DNA from: Lama glama
Lineage: Eukaryota
NCBI GenBank assembly: GCA_028534125.1
Contig: CM052832.1
Location: 12,526,001-12,590,000 of the forward strand
Direction of reading: 5' to 3'
DNA: 64,000 nucleotides
Numbering within the stretch: the stretch's first letter is position 1; every line of letters starts with the position of its first letter. This document shows positions 60,166 through 64,000 of this stretch, piece after piece. Under the pieces are notes generated by a model. That model was not told where the DNA came from. It saw only the letters and a list, made by a program, of their open reading frames with translations, and ran no database searches. The translations under genes and the position numbers were made by a program.

Positions 60166-62959
60166 GAATGTCAGCTTTTGGCCCCTCTTCTCTGTGAGGC
60201 AGCACCAAGTAATAGAGAAAAGCAGACTCTCCTCTCTGGAGGCAGATTCTCTGGAAAACCAGCATTGCCACTTTCTAGCTGTGTGACCTTGAGGGAATGA
60301 CTGAATCTCTCTGTTCCTTAATTCCCCATCTCTAAAACGATGATAAAAATACCTACCTTCTGGGTGGTTGTGAGGGCATTTTATGGTTTTGCAGTTGTCT
60401 ACATACTCCTTCAGATAAGCCCTGGGTTAGCGGATGGAAACGGTGACAGGTGGGGCTAGGCCATCCTCAAGGGGCTGAGTGGGAGGATCCCTGGGGTTCC
60501 CCCCTTTCATGCTAGGCGTCAGGTGTGGCTCCCGAAGACCCCCGGGATGCTGGGCGTGGAAGTTCCCCCAGGAGAGACAAAAAATGAGAAGAGTTAATCA
60601 AAAAGGCAGCGAGTCCCCAGGATTCCTGGTGTGTCTGGAACAACGATTCGTGTGGGACCGCGCCTGAGACCCCTCCCACCCCCTAGCGCAGCTGGGTGGG
60701 TGGGGTGCCTAAACCAGGAGCGATCTGGAAAATGAGGGGCTAGAGAGGAACTAGGGGCCAGAGAGGCTGGGGTGGGTTGGGAAGAGAAGCAGCGGTGAGG
60801 AGGTGGGGCAGGAAATGAGATACAGAGTAGGATGACATCAGTTTGTCCTGGGGTCGGATCAGAGCAGAAGGAGGGGCAGCAGGGCCACCACATCGCACAC
60901 TAGGGGTGGGAGGTGGGCACCATTCCTGTTGTAATCTGTGTGAATGGCGCCCCCTGGAGTTTATGCCACGCACTGGTCCCATCGGTGTGTGTGCCTTTGA
61001 TTATTCCACTCCAGATTTCCTTCTCCACGTCCACTTTACAGGCATCAGAAATAGATCATGGTTAAAGGAAAAAGAATTTGCTGGGGAGCTTAAACAGAGA
61101 GATCTGGGAAAATCACGGGCCCTGTCCCCAGGCCCAGCCCTGGGCCTCTCCCCTCCCATCACCTCAGCTTCACTCCCCTCCTCCCATTCCTCCTTTGCCC
61201 TCACTCCAGCCTGCCTTTTCAAGCTTGAGAACATTTGATCCCGCTTCTGAAGAGCTGTCTTGGAGAAGGTAAGAAAGACCAGCTCAGCGAAACTCGATGC
61301 CTTCCACTGGCCCTGGAGCAGATGCCAGAGGACAGAGCCACCCTCAGCCTGGCAGAGCCCCGACACCTTCAGGAAACACACCTGACCCACACCTCCCCTC
61401 CTAGAAAGCATCCCAGAATGAGGCAGCAGTGGAGGGTCACGTCCCCTGCCACTGTGTACACAAGGATTTCCCAGAGTGTGCTGCCCCTCACTTGCCTACT
61501 TCCCTTCCCCAAGAATTTGCTTCCCCTCAGCCTGTACATAACTCAAACATTTCTTCTTATATATTCATTATTTCTATTTGTCTCTGATCCACACATTGTC
61601 TGGATAATTTTGGCCTCCCTTATCCTGATAATTCAGGTCTTGCCTAGAGTCTACTTTTGTTTGAGTCAGTGTAATCCAAATCAGTCCATTTTAATGAGCA
61701 GATGTCAAGTGGCTGCCACATGCTCAGTCCTGCTCTGGGTGCTGTGAGTGATCCACACAGGACCAGGACACCCACCCTGCCCTTGAGTTCACAGCACAGA
61801 TGCCACTCTAAGCCTGAGGTGGGAGGTGACAGCCATGAGACCAGAGTAACAGGTGGCTCCTTCAGAGAGGAGCTTGTCTCCAGGTGCTTGGCAGTCTCTT
61901 AGTCAGATGAGTCTCCCTAGGGAGGCCAGTGGAGGGAGACAGGGATGGGGCCTGGCCCCCAGAGAGTGGCTTCTCCTCCCAGTGGGTGTTGACTGCTTCA
62001 TGCCAGCTTCCAGTCTTGCCTTCAAACAGGCCTGGTTCCCAGGAGCCCAGAAAGACATTTACATTGAGAGAAATACCCAAACAAAACAATTGCCTTGGAA
62101 GGCTGCAGGCAATCCGGTTTAGGGGTATGAATCAATCTTGCAATAAGAGCCAAGAAGTCAGAGTAACCACCCCATGCTGTCCTTGTTCCCCAGCCCCTTA
62201 GCATTTACCTGTGTAGTGGATACTTTGTGGCTGTTCCTGTATCTATTTCCTGACTCTTTTTTTTATACCCGGATCTATAACCCTGTAGAAGCAGCATCTC
62301 CACTCCAGGTGAGGGGCCTGGGGGTAGGGCTGTGTCTCCCCCTCAGACTCTCAGGAAAGGGCTGTGTCTCCCTTTGGACTGGGGCTCCCTGAGGGTCTTT
62401 ACTTTTTGGATGTCTCCAGCAGGATGCTCAGTATGATGTAGGCACTATGCCTGGCTTAATAAATATTTATTGAATTAATGAGTAAATAGTCAAGAGAACC
62501 TGACTTTTCCAGTCCATTCACTCCCTTCCCTTACCTACCCAGTGGGGAAGCAGGGCTGAGTAAATCAGTGCTCCATATACCTCCTCAGGGTGGGAAGACC
62601 AAGTGTTTCCAAGCTGGTGTTAAAACCAAATTACTTCTGATCTACTGAACTGTCAGCTCGAAGAAGTTAAACAAAACCTCCCCTGTCTTAATATTAGTGT
62701 GGAGAAAGGGAGCTTGGGACAGCCAGGTGACCCTCACTTGGGAAATGGTAGCACCAGGTCTCCAACATAGCTCACGAGGCTCTGGAGTCAGTGCACATCT
62801 GCTCATTGTGGAAATGAGAATCTGGGGCCCAGAGAGGGAAGATCTCACAAACAGGCAGGGTACAGTCTTGACACAGAGGCCAGAAAGCAGGGAGGGATGC
62901 CTGTCTCTTTTGTATCCTCCAGCCTCATCATTCTAGGACTGGTATTTTCAGTAACTCAC

Positions 62960-63095
62960 TGCTAAGTCAGTCAGTGAAAGTCTCTTTGCCTCAGTTTTCA
63001 CATCTGTAAAATGGAGGTGGCCACACATCTTAACTTACCTCACAGGGACATTTTAAGGACCAAGTAGGATAGTGCGTGTGAAATTCCTTGGAAAG
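62960..63095 (+). mobile_element. MIR SINE
   Basis: gcctcagttttcacatctgtaaaatgg...tacctcacaggg. Confidence 0.8.
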
Positions 63096-63299
63096 TTCAA
63101 ATGGGAGGGCACCCCTGGAGCTGGTTGTAAAATAATTTACAACAGAATCCAAATAAATTGGCCTTTCAAAAGTGATCATGGTTCCCAGTCTCACAGTCTG
63201 GTGCCTTCAATTTTCATTGGTCAATTTATATGATAAGCATTTATTGAGTACCCACTAAGTGCCAGGCACTGTGCCAGATGCTAGGGATGCTGGGCACCC

Positions 63300-63862
63300 C
63301 TTTCAACCCATTCCTCACACAGAGCCAGAGCAGGCCTGCTAAATTAAAGTCCGATCCTGTCCCTCCTCTGTCCATTGCCCTGCCATAGCTCCCATCTTAC
63401 TCAGAGTAAAACCCAACATCTTGCAATGAGCCCCAAACCCAAATTACCTGCCCCCTTAACCTCTCTGATCTGAGCTCCTACTACTCTCCCCTCAGCTGTA
63501 GCCAAATCCTGCCCACCACTGCAGGGCCTTCTCACTTGCTGTCCCTATCTCGGCAATGCTCTTCCCCGAGAAATGGCACAGTTTGCTCTCTCTAAGGTCA
63601 TGACTCAAATGTCACTGGGATCTTCTCTGGACACCCTCTCTAACGTTTTAGCCCTCACATTTCCTACTCCTCTTCTAGATTTAGCATTTTCCTTACTATC
63701 TAAATTCTACTTATATACTATATTGTCTGTTTCTTCTCTAGGATGTTACCTCCATGAGAGCAGGAGTTCTTGTCTATTTTGTTCACATTGAATCTGCAGT
63801 GCCTAGTGGAGTGCCTGGCACGTAGCAGGAACCCTTTAAATATTTCTTAAATGAATGAATCG
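63300..63862 (+). mobile_element. L2 LINE 3' end
   Basis: ctcagagtaaaacccaa...ctcaaatgtcac...ctccatgagagcagg...gtgcctggcacgtag...aatgaatgaat. Confidence 0.85.
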
Positions 63863-64000
63863 TGAACATATGGACAGGGTCCCTGCTCTAAATCCTGCAT
63901 TCTGCAAGCAGAGAGCCTGCCATGGGTATGGGGTAGCGGTGGGGGCGGAAGTGAAGGGGGCTACAGACCTTGATGGGTGACAGAAGTCTCTATGGCCTCT

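Noticed and set aside
1..64000. CRISPR arrays, operons, rRNA, or a named host gene
   Set aside because: Eukaryotic repeat-rich DNA with no repeat-spacer array and no exon I can recognise; the locus cannot be assigned without alignment

Overview
Mammalian genomic DNA, most likely a camelid, judging by a Vic-1-type tRNA-derived SINE and camelid/artiodactyl-type L1 3' ends. The window looks intergenic or intronic. I recognise no protein-coding exon, and the supplied ORFs look like chance, repeat-derived or N-spanning frames. Three gaps of exactly 500 N interrupt it. It is dense in old repeats (MIR, L2, old L1/HAL1, MaLR and ERVL LTRs, hAT and TcMar MITEs). Younger insertions with readable target-site duplications include an intact ERV1-type solo LTR at 54301-54781. 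Unique islands between repeats carry clustered POU, homeodomain, PBX-HOX-MEIS and TCF motifs, suggesting a developmental enhancer landscape. The most notable observations are a homogenised inverted repeat made from an old L1 3' end (11762-12421) and two CpG-rich promoter-like regions (about 15.4 kb, with a palindromic MYB site, and about 43.1 kb), each followed by candidate minus-strand non-coding exons. Repeat family names come from recalled consensus sequences and need RepeatMasker/Dfam confirmation; old-repeat boundaries are approximate. The sequence alone does not establish a new biological system.
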